A stretch of DNA of 55,181 bases from Girardia tigrina (taxonomy: Eukaryota): contig MQRK01213248.1 of the NCBI GenBank assembly GCA_001938485.1, positions 1-55,181 of the forward strand, given 5' to 3'. Below the pieces are notes generated by a model. That model did not search any database, was not told the origin of the DNA, and saw nothing but the letters and a program-made list of their open reading frames with translations. Both the position numbers and the translations under genes were made by a program. This document shows, in pieces, positions 26,222 through 40,330 of the stretch (positions within the stretch are counted from its first letter, which is position 1; each line of letters opens with the position of its first letter).

Positions 26222-26659
26222 TATATTAATAATAATCACCTTTAAAAAATCCGAAATTTAAATTTTCGCAAAATTTAGGCTTCTTTTAAATTCTAATTAA
26301 CAACAATTGTGCTACCTTATATATTAAGTTATCATCCAAATTAATTTATGTAACTTTTTAAATATACTGAACAAAGTGAAACAGAGTCTTGGGTGGTCAG
26401 TAATTGATCAATAAAAGAAATAATCAATAATGTTTGAGAAGAAAATCTCGCTCAATTATTCTTAAAATTGCTACACAGTATTATTAAATCATTTTTTTCA
26501 CATAATATATACAAGGTTTTATATGTCAGTAATATTAATATCACTACCCAATCATCTATGCTCTTGGTTCGGTTTACAGAGATAATAAGAAGTCTGTCCT
26601 GTGTGAATGCCATTATAACAATTACCAGATATAAAGAAATTAGCACAATAAATTGAGGT

Positions 26660-27237
26660 AAAAAGACCATTAACCTGCCAGGGTAGTAAGCAGATCATAC
26701 TGCTCCACGATAATGCAAGACCTCCTGTTACTTCAGCAACAAAAGAAGCAATATTGCAGTTGGGCTGGCAAGTTCTCCCTCACACAGCTTACTCACCAGA
26801 CCTTGCACCATCGGATTACTACCTTTTCCGATCATTACAACATACCCTGGCTGGCAGACACTTCAAAAATAGTGATGAGGTCAGAAATTGCATAGACGAG
26901 TTCCTCGATTCCAAGGATGAAGGGTTTATACTAGGAGTATTCATCTTTTGCCAGAAAAATGGAAAAAGGTAATAGATTGAAATGGGGAGTATTTTGATAA
27001 CTAAATCTTAATCATTATATTAAGATTAATATAATTATAATATAATATTATAATATAATAATATATATTAAATATATTAAATATAATATATTAATATATT
27101 AAATATAATAATCATTATATTGTAACTCGTTTATGAATATATTAATATATTAATATATTAAATATAATAATCATTATATTGTAACTCGTTTATGAATATC
27201 TAATAAAAACGTCGAGAACTTATGCATAACCATAATA
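26660..27237 (+). mobile_element. Mariner 3' fragment
   Basis: ILLHDNARP, YSPDLAPSDYYLF; right TIR GAGAACTTATGCATAACC similar to the 1192-2546 family. Confidence 0.88.
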
Positions 27238-28224
27238 TGTAAATTTCCGAGAGTAAAACTGCAAAAATTATACATTTAACATGAACGACCTTGGGTTATT
27301 AAATTGGTCTATGTTAGGATTAACGAGACCTATTCAAAATGATATATTTCATGGGGTCTTGAAAGAGGTGTGATAAACATAAAAGAATCTCGATAAAAAC
27401 AAAAAACCTCATGCAGGCCCTCATTCTAGAACAAAATTGTTATATTCATACATATCCGGATCACTAAGACCTATTCAAAAATATATAGTTTGTGGGGCCT
27501 TATTAAAGTGTAGTACCTAAGAACGGTTTCCATCAATATACACATACATATACGAACATAAAAGTACAATAGCGCCTTTTTTCAGAACATTAAAAAATGT
27601 ACTAAAAAGTGTTAATGGTACATAAAATTTAACATACATTTTTAAAAAATATATCTTTAATATAAATTATATTGACAACTTCTCTGTTTCAAGACACATT
27701 CTAAGATATTTAAATTATTAAACAAATATAATTTATAATAAAGACATATCAATATATATCCAAAATAACAAAAAATAAAAACAAATGAATAAGAGGACAT
27801 TGAAGAAAGCAAAATAATTTGAAGTCGAAGAGTCAACATATATTTAGAGTCTACAAAAAAGTTTCTTAATCCACCAGCTACGAGGATATTTTGTGCGAAA
27901 TGGGGCATTATTTAGTAAAAACATTGATGCAGAATGTGTTTTTAAATTATAATTTAATAAATTTGTACTTTCATTAGGATTATATCTTAACAAATTTGCA
28001 TTATTTTTAAAATATCTTACTTTGTTCGTCAAATGCATAATTACGAAATCCTGAATTTCTTTTTTTGGTTTAGGATTGTTAAAAATCGAATAATTTATTT
28101 TTTTTAAATATTCAGCAGTTTATTTGAAATTGGGAGTTTAATAAATATTATTTCTTGATTTTCAATGGTTTTGATCATTTTCAAATTGTTTCACATTCTA
28201 CACTTTATAATAAGACAAATTTAA

Positions 28225-29754
28225 CTTTGATAAATAAAATGTTGTTGGAACAATTTTTTATTAAAATTTGGAATATTAACTTTTTAGAAAAGAAAAAAAT
28301 CATTGAAGATGTAAAGAGATTGAATTCGTAATAACAGAAAGAAATAAAAGAAAGAACAAAAAGAAAGAAATCAACCAATGACTGATGTATTTTATCAAAG
28401 AGATCTTTCATTTGCAAATTGATTTTTTTATTAATCTACTGATAAATAATAATTCTTGTTCATTTTTCAACATGTCCTCAAATACAACTTTCAGATGCAT
28501 TAAAAATCAAACTGAAAATGAAAAAATAACATAACATATTTGTTAGTTCACTGTGAAGTCAGCTTTTCTGCACTCAAATCAAAAGTTTATAAAAATTGTA
28601 GTGCGAGTTTCTCCCACTCTTACTTTTATCACCCTCTTATCATTTCACTCTTTTACTTTTATCACTCTAACCATTTCTTTTACTACTCCTTCTCCATTAA
28701 CTGTATGATTTCGGTTTGTTTGTCGGATTGCTTATTATTCTATGATATTTTATTTTATTATTATTATTATTATTTTATTTTTTTATTGTGTATGATTATG
28801 GTGATTTGTTTTATTTTTTATGTTGAGTTTTATTTTTTTTGGGTTGATCAGGTAAATTTATGGAGTTTCGGGTTTTTATTTGAAATTATAAAATTTGTAA
28901 TTTATAAAAATATCCTAATTCAAATAGGCCATAGCAATATGGAATATTTGAATTTTGGATTTGAAATAAATCAATGTTCCATAGATTTATAAATTTTTGA
29001 TAAACTTTTGACTGTAAAAAGATTCGTTTTTTTCTGCCAATCGCCAATTTATTGTTTTTTTTATTATTTCTGTCATACGAAAGTGAAATATTGCAACTGA
29101 CGTCGTACGAATACTTATTACAAACTATTATCAACGAAAGAAAACATTTTTCCAGTATTTATCTAAAGACAATCATTCTTTTTTGGTGACGATTCATTAC
29201 GAATTGTGTGTGAGTATCAGTTTTTTTAATTAAAAGTTTATTGTTGGATCGTAACTCATATCACTTGTTAATTATTTTTTCTTGTTTAATTTTTTTTGTC
29301 TCGACTAAACAGGCTCACCAAACTATACCTAGTTTGGTTAACCTAGTTAGTTCTTTTCACAATAATAAAGATATTATGAGACCTTTGATAAATAAAATGT
29401 TGTTGGAACAATTTTTTATTAAGATTTGGAATATTTACTTTTTAGAAAGAAAAAAAATCATTGAAAATGTAAAGAGATTGAATTCGTAATAACAGAAAGA
29501 AATAAAAGAAAGAACAAAAAGAAAGAAATCAAACAATGACTGATGTATTTTATCAAAGAGATCTTTCATTTGCAAATTGATTTTTTTTATTAATCTACTG
29601 ATAAATTATAATTCTTGCTCCTTTTTCAACATGTTCTCAAATACAACTTTCAGATGCATTAAAAATCAAACTGAAAATGAAAAAAAACATAACATATTTG
29701 TTAATTCACTGTGAAGTCAGCTTTTCTGCTCTCAAATCAAAAGTTTATAAAAAT
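28225..29754. repeat. ~370-bp direct repeat (28225-28595 and 29383-29754)
   Basis: Two highly similar copies separated by ~790 bp. Confidence 0.9.
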
Positions 29755-30529
29755 AAATAAAATTGAAAATTTTTATCAAATAAAATTTAATAGTTTTAAA
29801 AAACTCAAAGTTAAAATCAAACTTTCGTTGACTTTAATTCAGGATCTCTTTTAAGATATATTCTCTCGGGGGCAAATGTAATTTGGGAATGTTGATATGC
29901 CGGAGAACAGTAACTTTCATTCAGTTATTCTATTTATGTATTTTATATAGTTGACATGCTTTAAATCGCGACGATATATATATACATATATTTCAATGAG
30001 GAAAACAACAAAAATAGTTTTTTAAAACTTCCCCTAAATTATTAATGTATAAAATAATGAAATTTCGATAAAATATTAATCAATATTTAATTATAAACTA
30101 AAACAGAAAGACAGAGAAGAAAAAGATTATGATCACAAAAAAATAGAAAGCGATACAAAAATTTATAACCCTGTAAAAATAGAAAAACGATTTATTTTAA
30201 CTGGATTTAAGGGAAATGTTTTAAATAGAACCCCAATTGAGTCTTCAAGATCGATTATCATTATTGATGGTAAATGATTGGGATCGCTATTAGAATTATG
30301 TGCGGATTTAAAGCATATAGAATGTAGTTATCACAATGTACAATCCAATGTCACACAAATGAAAATTAATGAATATGAATTTCACATTGGCAAAAATCAA
30401 TTTCACATTATTTAGTTTGAGTTTCGTAAAATGTTAATAATGTTTTTTTTATTTAATTTTTGATAATGAATTTTGGTTGAATTGATTCGGATATTAAAAT
30501 TTTTTTTAATAGTTTTTAAAAAACTAATT

Positions 30530-31950
30530 TCCGGGCTCCAAAAATTACAGGCCCTAGGCACGTGCCTAGATTGCCTAGGCGTTAGACCACCTCTGGTGAT
30601 TGTCAATTAAAGAAGTAGCATAGTAAACATTTAAGGATATGCTATTTCAAAAATGCACCCCTAAGATCCTCCATTTTGCATTTGGCTGAGAGGCATTCTT
30701 CTCACTGGCGATGGCAAAGCTCCTCCAGTCAGTTTGTTAAAAAGGCTCTGCTATAATTAATTTTGATATTGAAAAGAAAGCCTGATTTATTTACCGTCTT
30801 CACTATATATTTCATAAAGATCGCTGAAGAATTCTTAATTCTAATTTATAAATTTCCAAATGGGAACAAAATCCTGTATTTTTATTAAGTTTTATTAGTT
30901 CAGAGATATTTACTCTTCATGGACTTCATGGATTAAATATAAATCAGTTTTTCAAAGTCTCAAGTTTGCAGTTCATGGAATTTTTATTTCATGAGTGCAG
31001 TAATTGCTAATATGGAAAAAATAGTAAATACAATTTCGATAAATTAATTGTTAGAAACTCTTATTTGACTACAGAGGTATGAAAATATAAAATTATTAGT
31101 ATATAAAGTAAGATTATTGATAGAAAGCAACGTGGAAATGAAAATTCCAATATCTTTTCTATCTTAAAGTCAGTCACAAGAGTTGAGAGAAGTAACTTTT
31201 AACGCTATACATCTCTTGTACATGACCTTTGTGATAAGCCTAACAATTATTCAAGAATTTCAAATATATTTGAGCTATGAAATCAATGTATTTTTAGAAA
31301 TCATAAATATCTATTTAATATTTTTATTAAAGTTATAAAGTTTGACAGCGCATTTTATTAGCAAAAATAATTTATTTAAGTTATTCTATCCAATAATTCT
31401 TAAATTGATTGCAAAAAAATAAATTCTCTGATTTAATGTTATTAAAATGTTTACTATGTTCAGTAATATTAATTAAATCTATATTATAATTATATTATTG
31501 CATAATCTAACAGAAATGTTTGCATCATTTTTTTATTAAGTTCTAGAGAAACTACGCAATGCTTGCTGTGAAAAATACTTTCACCATTTCAGATAGGACG
31601 AAAGGCCAGATTTTTTACTAAAGTTTTCTGTGTAAACTGCTAATCAATAGACCATTAGTCGCTTAGCCATGATATTTAGCCAAGAGCTTGATATTTCATA
31701 TTTTTGATTCACACAAACACCCAAATTTTTATTGTAATATCTCAAAAGTCTTCAAAATCACCTTTTGTTATTATCAAGCATACCAATATGATTTTATACA
31801 CTTTCATTTTTATACCCATTTGAATTGCCTTTGGGATAATTCTCATTAAAACTTTCGTAATTTGATATCTAGCTAAATTGATAAGATTTTTGTTAATGAA
31901 TCGTTTAAAACAATTACTCGAACAAATTTTCATTTTATAAATTTAAATTA
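30530..31950. mobile_element. Highly decayed hAT remnants
   Basis: hAT-like terminus with CCTAGGCACGTGCCTAG palindrome ending CCTCTG at ~30595; minus-strand KNLAFRP motif resembling ZMYM1-type hAT transposases. Confidence 0.4.
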
Positions 31951-34900
31951 TTTTCAGATTTTATTTTTAAAATTATACTATTACAATTTCTTCAATATTT
32001 TTATCTAAAATATATTTTCATTTTGAAATGATTTTATTAAAAAAATACTTATTTAATCGATTTAAAATTGAGTTTAAAATTATTTACTTTATAAAAATTT
32101 TTAATAATCAAAATTGTAAAGATTTAATATTTTAATAGTTTTTAAATATCGTATGTTATAATTTAAAATGTAAATTATGTACGGACAATTAATCATCACG
32201 AACATCTGAATACCAATTTTCTATCTGGGTAGGAGAAGCACATTTCAAAATACTAAACTCAACATACTAAATTTAAAATATTCATCAAAGTTATATTCTG
32301 TTGTATCCAAATTATAAAAATAATGTTTTTCGAAAATTTGAAAATACTGCCAGTTTTATAGATCGAATGGAGAACTCCTGTGGTACATATTTTTTTCGAA
32401 AAGACAGAAACTCTCGACCTTTGTCTCAATGAGGTAAACATTGTGGTAAGTTTGGTGAAATTTGAATGTACCGTATTGTATATATTTATATAGATTAAAA
32501 TTCGACAAGATGACGAATAATATTATCAAAAATAATATTATCAAAAATAAATATTTTTGATATTCAAAATACTGTTTGAGATATCTATCATGATTATTGA
32601 AACCTTCAACTTGAATTTGTTGGAATTATTTTTTTTGAAAAAATAACAACCGCAAGCTTTCTAACTTCCTTAAATATGGAACTTTATATTCTATAAAATA
32701 CTATAATTTATTTTCAATGGCAATTATTAGGGCACTAATTCTCACTTATGAAACTTAAATGTATTATTTATGAATTTACTGATTTTTACTGATCTTTGAC
32801 TTGGTAGTAAAACATTGTTTGGATTCTCGGTCAACTTTCAACAAACATTTCTTTTATTTATTTATTATTTTTATTATTCATTTATTATTTTTTATTTATT
32901 TTATTATTTATACATGACAATCAAGCTACAAAATACACAAGATGTTCGATTATAAAACATACCCACATTTTAGGTTTCATGTAGATTTATATTTAAATGT
33001 TTTTAAATGTTTTTCAGAAAATTAATGTTTATTAGAAACAGATTAATGAACCAGGAAAATGTTCTATCGACATTTAGTAAATGTCTACATGAAGTTATTA
33101 AATGTTTTAAAACATCGATTAACTTTATGCAGAAGAGTTAAAAAATATATGGTTTGGGTCATCGTCCTGAAGCCGAAATCCAAAAAGGACAAAAAACCCG
33201 ATAGATCGAAATCATAGAAAGTCAGGATTGTGTCCGTTCGGGATTTTGAAGCAGTAAAAATCTGTTTTTATGATTAATCCGATCGATTTATAAAGTTGAT
33301 GATAATATGAAGAATAAATATATAAATGATTTATAATACTAGTATATTATAATTCAATGTTGAAATGGAAATTGAATGAGTAAAAATTTTATAAAATAAA
33401 AATATTAGATACGAAATAATAACATTTTAAAAATATTTCTTCTGTAACAAGAGATAATTAAATGATAAGTAGAATTATTAAACTTAATAATCGGTGAGGT
33501 CTGTAGAGTTATTAAGAAATAATTCATCAATCTCTGTCAAGCGGCAAAAATCAAAATGAGAAAATTATTATAATTTTTTGTTATTTTTTAATTATAAACT
33601 TCATATTGTAATTATATTACTTAAATTTTGCAGTTTTTATTGTTTGAATAGATAAAAGTAAAATTAAAACAATGTTTTAACTTTTATAGAAATGATATTT
33701 GAGCAAAGTGAACATATTGTCAAATACAAAATCATTAATTGTTATTTAATTGCGACCCTATTGTGATATGAAATCACCGAATATCGAATATCATATCGAA
33801 ACAACTAATTCTAAAAGGTTGTGAATGCGTTAATTGTTCTGAATTTATAGATTTAATTTTTTATATAATGCCAGTTTGGTTACAAAGGTGATATGTAGAA
33901 CAAAAAGAGTTAAATAAACACATGAGAAGATTGCACTTGAATACCGCACTAAGATGGTTCGTTTATATTCCAAATGGAAATCGGTAATAAGGGTTAAAAA
34001 ATGAAAGACCGAAAGTCATAACGAAAGAAGTAAAAGATTTCCGACTGACAAACATGAAAGCGAAAGGAACATTTACCGGTCCTTTTCCCTGATTTACACA
34101 AAACACGGAGTCACAATTGGTTTTTCATATGTATTAAACCAAAACAGACCAGGGGCCTGTAAAATTGAAGACTTGAGTCTGTGGTCATTCGAAATGATCG
34201 TATGTAACTCTGTTTCGATTCAAAAAATTTACCCAGAACTGAGGCTATGGTTCAACATTCTGTACGCCAATGATTCTATGTAGTTATTTATATAGTCGGA
34301 TGAGGCCATAACGATTACATAAAAGAGACTTAATATTTGTTGCAATCTTTAAACGGGTGTTATCATTGAAGTATATAAATATTTAAGAGAACCAGGAAAA
34401 TAAAAATAAATGTTGTATTTTATATAGTTTCTTTTGTTTTTTATTGTTAAAAAAATAGAAATACATATAATATTAGATATAACAATAATAATAAAAGGTA
34501 TTGTTTATGTATTAAATAATATTAAATAAAAACGCTTGTTTAAACCTTTGAGAGAAAGTATCCTTATATGTAAAGACTTTCTTTTGTACAAATTACGATT
34601 GCTAAGGTCGATTTCCTTTGAACAGAATACCGCTAAGTTTAAACGAATTGCGTCCTGAGCATCGTCCATTTATCTATAGTAAAAGTGAAGAAAAGATATC
34701 TCTAACATATTATATCGCGAGAAATCGAATTTTCGAATCGAGTACGTGTTTTCATTTTGTAAAAAGTTGATTGATTCTCAGAAAAAAATATTTTAATTAT
34801 ATTAGTATATTTAAATTAAGTTTAATAACCTTTTAAATAAAAAAATAATGAAAACAATATTAGTATAAATCGATGAATTTGTAAATTTATTTAGTTTTAG

Positions 34901-37900
34901 TGATAATTTTTATTTATTTCATAGATTTATTTTACTATTTTGTTTGCATGATGTCTATTTTATATCTCCTATTGTGCCGAGACCGTAAAAAGTATTTCCC
35001 AATTTGCATCAATTATTAGCGCAATTTCCATACTGACAATTGCGATTATTAATTGGTTATTTCTGTTATTATTATATTTATCATATTATTATTATTATTA
35101 TTTCGTATCTCCTCCTCAACGAAGCAATATCGAGGGCTAGTTCCAAAAGCAAATATGTTAAGCAAGTTTGGAGGATGATTGTGGGCCAAAAAAAATCCCG
35201 GAATTCCGTCCTGGATTTCCCGGAAAAGCCAAAAAACCTCGAGAAAATGCAGTTTTTGGCCTATATCTCGGCAACCAGACCACTTAGCGACTTGAAACAT
35301 TTACCAATCGATTTCTGCAATAATTTAGAACAATATTGCCGAAGAAAGTTTTCAAAAATATCCTTTCGTTCGGTCACAAAAAATTAATCATAGTCAAATA
35401 CTGATATAAACGTTTTAATATTTGGGCACCGAATAACATAAGGAAATTGCGCTTAAATTGTCACTAGACTTTTTATTAACTTGTTTCATACATAACCTTA
35501 TGCGTAAAAACGGATGTTGATTAAAAATTTAAATTATCCATAACATGTGCTAATTAAGTTCATCATAATTTTTTTGAATAATGTGTGAATTAGATTCTTT
35601 TTTTAAATATATGGAGCAAAAATGATGAACAGATATTGATAGTGTATATTTACAACAAAATGATAGATATTTACTGAAACTAATGAAAGATAATCTCGAG
35701 ATATATAACTGTACGGCGCGCCACTGACAGACAACAGTGAAAAATGTAGCTTGATAAAGTTCATCATAAAAACAGATAAGTCAATGTTTAGATAAGCAGC
35801 TCAAAAATATTCACACTACCTATACTTAAGTTTTTTTAGATGTAATGAAGTTGACTGAAAATTTAATTGACATTTTTATGAAATAAAATACTTCATCAGC
35901 AGTAGCTGAACAAGTGCCTTGACAACAATTGTCTACAAATTTAGATATTATCCTTCGATATATCTTCAATATAAATAATTAATATGGTTATTATTATTAC
36001 TATTGCTAATATTATTTATTATAACTGCAATTTAAGCAACTGGCAAAATATCTGAGAAATAAGAAGCTAACAGTCACAAGCTATCTATTATTTTATTTTA
36101 CTTATCTGTATAACAATTATTTGGTCTATAAATACATGTATTATACTTGAAACTATTATTTTTTAATTCGAATTTCCGTTGACAATTAAATTCAATAAAC
36201 ATTATGATTTTTATTTTAAAAAGTGTTACGAGATATATCAAAATCTTCTTTACAATATTCTTTAACTCTGAAACTGTTATTTTAATTCTGATTTTTTAAA
36301 CCTAATTTTTATAAAAGTTATTTCAATTTAATTCATACAATATTATCATTACACTATAATTTTTTATAAAACTTATTTCATTTTAATTAGTAAAAATATT
36401 ATTTTTTAATTTATCTCAAATATAATTATGATTTTTAATTTAATATATCAAAAAATTTACAGTTCACCAAAAAGAACCGATAACAATAACAATTAAATTC
36501 TATCATATGAAATTTGACTTAATCTTATTTACCAATGTTGTATAGTAATAATTTCTATTTCTTATACCAAATCTCAAGCAGCCGGAACGTAAAGTTATCC
36601 GGTAAATACAAATCTCCATGGATCTTTAGGATAACTGATTAAATTGATTAACCAGTCCTTTTAACATTGATGTCGATGATGTTTCTCTTGATAAACGGAT
36701 CGAGCTTATACGTGATTTGCAGTATTCAGATGATTTTTTAAGTCTTCCTAAGTGATGAAAAAAATTCCCAGCTAAATATTTTATTAAAACAAATTGGAGA
36801 ATTATCTGATTCTGTGAGCATATTTTTTATAATAAAATAAAGTAATCCAAATTAAGATGTGCTATAACTATCGAAAACCTTAAATTGTAATTCAAATTAA
36901 TACATTAGAACCACCTGATTACAAGTTAATTGTACCTTTGCGCAAAATAATATCAAAATTAACGAAATAATAACGTGAGACCACGATTTTGCACCACGAT
37001 AAAATAAATTAATAATTATATTTATAATAATGATGTTCTCATTTTCAATTTTTATCGAAAACCAACATTATTCCTGATACATCTTAATTTTTAATCTTTG
37101 ATTGTTTTAATATAACTATTTTTTAATTTAATTTGAAGCATGCTCTAATTAAAACAGCAGTAATCATTTAATTAAAAATATTAAACATAGTATGTGTTCA
37201 AGAATCATTGTTATGAGCCAAAATATTCCGGTGGAACGACCCATGACTCTCCAACTATTCTTGCAGAGGCGTATCGAATCGATCATAATTATTATAATAT
37301 AGTTTTTTTAAGGTGATTGTCAATATGTGTATAATTAGTAAATGTGTGATGTAAATATGTGATTCCAGTTTTTCTAGATGTTATCTGTTGTTTTAAGATT
37401 TAGCTCCTTTGTAAGGATAAATAATGTATATCAATATTTATATACCTAATATCATCATTAATATATAGTATATAATTATGGATTCCAAATAATCTTATAA
37501 TAATTCTCTTAAAATAAATTGTTTAAATATACCAAAGGCGCAAATTTTAAGTTGTTAACAATAAAGATTGTGGAATAATTCTGCGTTATAATTTATAATG
37601 AAACTCGTTATCTGGCGACCTCAGCCAGTATTATCAAAATCTGGAAAAAATAAATCTTTTGATTTTACTTAGTTGTCAATTCTTTTAATATATTATTTTT
37701 ATGCTCTTTGATCTTTAATTGTTTATTTCCTCGTTCTGCTGTTAATCATTTTGTTATTTATTGTCATTTAAAGTTTTATTAAAGGAACCTATGTTTAATA
37801 AGAATTTTTAGCTATGACAATCTCCATGAAAGGTTTCTTAATCAGGTTTATTAAAATAGATTAATAGTAATTTAATATTCAGACTTAGTAAATATTTTAA

Positions 37901-37929
37901 ATCAGTTAACAAAGTTACAAAATATATAC

Positions 37930-38187
37930 TTTAATTGTTTTATCGTCTGAACCGCTGATGAATTTATAATGATCTGCTTGTAAACATCGAATAACACGTT
38001 TGTGACCCTCACTTTCTTTCCAATCAATAGTGCGAATACATTTTCTGTTAGCAATATCCCAAAATTTTAGTGTGTTATCATGGGAACCTGATATGATACG
38101 ATTGTGGTTGTAATCAAGATGTAAACATGCGACTGGATCAATATGACCATCAAGAGTAAATAAACAATCACCAACAAATAACCACAC
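37930..38187 (-). CDS. WD40 gene exon (blades 5-6)
   Basis: ctacag|VWLFVGD...GHIDPVACL...ISGSHDNTLKFWD...GHKRVIRCLQ...SGSDDKTIK|gtatat; 258 nt. Confidence 0.95.
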
Positions 38188-38237
38188 CTGTAGATCATAT
38201 TTAATTAACACTATATTTTTAAGATCACTGATTTAAC

Positions 38238-38316
38238 CTTTATTGTTTTATCCAGTGATCCAGATACTATAACGGAATCATCATATTGAACACAAAGTAT
38301 TGCATCCATATGTCCC
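38238..38316 (-). CDS. WD40 gene exon (blade 4)
   Basis: ttcag|g GHMDAILCVQYDDSVIVSGSLDKTIK|gttaaa; followed by a 50-bp intron. Confidence 0.94.
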
Positions 38317-38363
38317 CTGAACAAATAAAAATAAACGTTTTAATGAATTTGATAAACTTTGAG

Positions 38364-38415
<52 letters not shown>

Positions 38416-38439
38416 GATTAAATCAAATGGTAATTTAGT

Positions 38440-38890
38440 AATTAAACTCGAATAACACCATTTCAATTTTAAATTGTTATTAGAAAACATGTTTCGACAC
38501 TTTTGTGGCATCTTCAGTTCTGTATTTAATTAGAAAGTTATTGTTTATATAGAAAGAAGACCATTGCGTCACAGTGTGTTACGTCAAAATACTCTAATAT
38601 GATTGGATGAATCACTTTGCACATTTAAACTAGGTTTACAAAACTTTATCAAGAGTGCTTCAGTAATTGTCCTTTCATAATTGTGATCAAAGTTACTAAT
38701 CAAAACCCGAAAATAATTATCAAATACCCTCCTCTGAGTTCCATGTGGTCCAAAATTGAGCTTTTTCTACTTGATTGGGTATGTTCTGCAATTCTAGTAC
38801 GGAGGTGACGATTTGTCTCTCCAATGTAAAAGGATTCACACTTGTGACATTTATATTGGTAAACTAAATTTGCTTTCATACACAATTGTG
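38440..38890 (-). mobile_element. Penelope-like element 3' part (GIY-YIG endonuclease plus pLTR)
   Basis: LVYQYKCHKCESFYIGETNRHLRTRIAEH; frameshifted EALLIKFCKPSLN; hammerhead downstream. Confidence 0.9.
38482..38521 (-). ncRNA. Minimal type I hammerhead ribozyme
   Basis: agaa-CUGAAGA-U-GCCAC aaaa GUGUC-GAAA-CAUG-UU-uucu; palindromic ACAUGU stem III. Confidence 0.85.
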
Positions 38891-38899
38891 TTTTAGATT

Positions 38900-39320
38900 T
38901 ATTTGAAGGGTTTAGTGCATAGAGTTTGGAGTTTAACTTCTTCTTTTGAAATTTTTGATAAAGAAATTGATACTCTCCATAATAGACTTAGTAATAATGG
39001 TTATAATAAGAAATATTTAAATAACATCATTAAAAATACTGTGGAGTCAATTTATTTAAAATCAAAAGACAAAATTAATAAAAATTTGAATGCAACTGAT
39101 GAAGAGATTTATTCAAAAAAAATTTATTTAAAAATTCCGTATTTCGAAAATGCTTGGATTTCAAATTTTTAATTTCAAATTTTTTGTTACCACATATACT
39201 TAAAAATGATTTCAATTACTAAAATCAATACAACACAAATTAAGATAAAACACAAATAAAGTTGCTGAAGATGGTCAGAAATTATGATTGAAACATGCCC
39301 AACGTAGAATTTTTAAAAAA
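38900..39320 (+). mobile_element. Second Penelope-like fragment (RT thumb/linker plus 3' end)
   Basis: KGLVHRVWSLTS...L.NNGY...IYLKIPY pattern of the PLE RT C-terminus. Confidence 0.82.
39261..39303 (+). ncRNA. Degenerate minimal hammerhead ribozyme
   Basis: guug-CUGAAGA-U-GGUCA...UGAUU-GAAA-CAUG-CC-caac; the cleavage triplet is GCC instead of GUH. Confidence 0.75.
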
Positions 39321-39355
39321 TGCTTTAACACATACCTATTCAATATATATATATA

Positions 39356-40330
39356 CAGTAGGGATATGACTTCGGAATAACATTTTAACGGCGTACCAGC
39401 AACAAATGACATTTTACTAGATAATCACAAAATTATATACAATTGTATTCAATTTTAAAAAAATGTCACCCACCAAGTAGTCTAATGATTTGTATGCTAC
39501 CACATCATTATAGCCATAGTCAACTAAAAATGTGCATATTCATCAAGCATCATTAGATAACAGGAAACGCAAACAAAAGTTTTTATACTTAGCAACAGAG
39601 AGGAGTAATATCTTGTAAAACCTTTATTGACCTCTCAGCACTCAAATTAATGCGGTGAGTTGGTATAGGTGAAGGACTTTGTAACCAGTATTTCTCCAGG
39701 TAGCATAAGGTCTTTGGATAAGGAAGAACTGCATCATGCAGAAGGTCAAACTGCTCTGGACAGTACAATTGATGCCTGATCCATGTGTCACACCAAGCAC
39801 CGCAAATAAATCTGCATACTTGTTCTACATGTTGTCGCTCAGTAGGCAACAATATGTACACTAACAAAGTAAATATCCAACGGGAATTGCTGATACCGAG
39901 CATTGCACCAAACTTAATGTTAGGCACAATATTGAAATTTTGATAATGTCTAAATACTCTAATTAGATGATGTAGAAACTTTATATCGTCACGCCAACCT
40001 TGTTTTTCTTCAGGTAGATCTACGGCGTTAATCTCTCTATTTCTAAACTTTTCTATAATTCCTTTTCTTTCAATAATCCTTGTCACAAATGAGTAGATAT
40101 GTTAGGAGACTGAGTTACATCACCGAATATTTGATTATACACTGTCTAAATAAACGATCTAATACATGGTGCTGACATCCAATAAAAATTGGTGCGGATT
40201 CCTGATGTTTCTTGATACAACACAAGGGCAAGGGGGATAATGAGAGAACATGACGATAAATTAAAAAAACGTTAAAATGAATGATTGTTTTAATCATATC
40301 GAAAACGTGTAGAAATTGAAATAACAAAGA
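39356..40330 (-). mobile_element. DNA transposon remnant, hAT-related (hATm-like) transposase C-terminal half
   Basis: FIGCQHHVLD (CxHH), NSRW and INLSAERSIK motifs in order; terminus-like CAGTAGGG at 39356. Confidence 0.6.

Noticed and set aside
28540-28992. Hydrophobic F/Y/I-rich ORFs (also 526-747, 12358-12615, 17612-17809, 18229-18432)
   Set aside because: Expected by-products of AT-rich or strand-skewed low-complexity DNA
33890-34750. Decayed coding-like stretch, faintly like a Helitron Rep N-terminus
   Set aside because: Too many stops and no diagnostic motif
37605-37640. Alternative WD40 terminal exon after ttttccag
   Set aside because: Phase 0 gives ILIILAEVAR*, which is not a WD repeat; the exon at 20684 completes the blade
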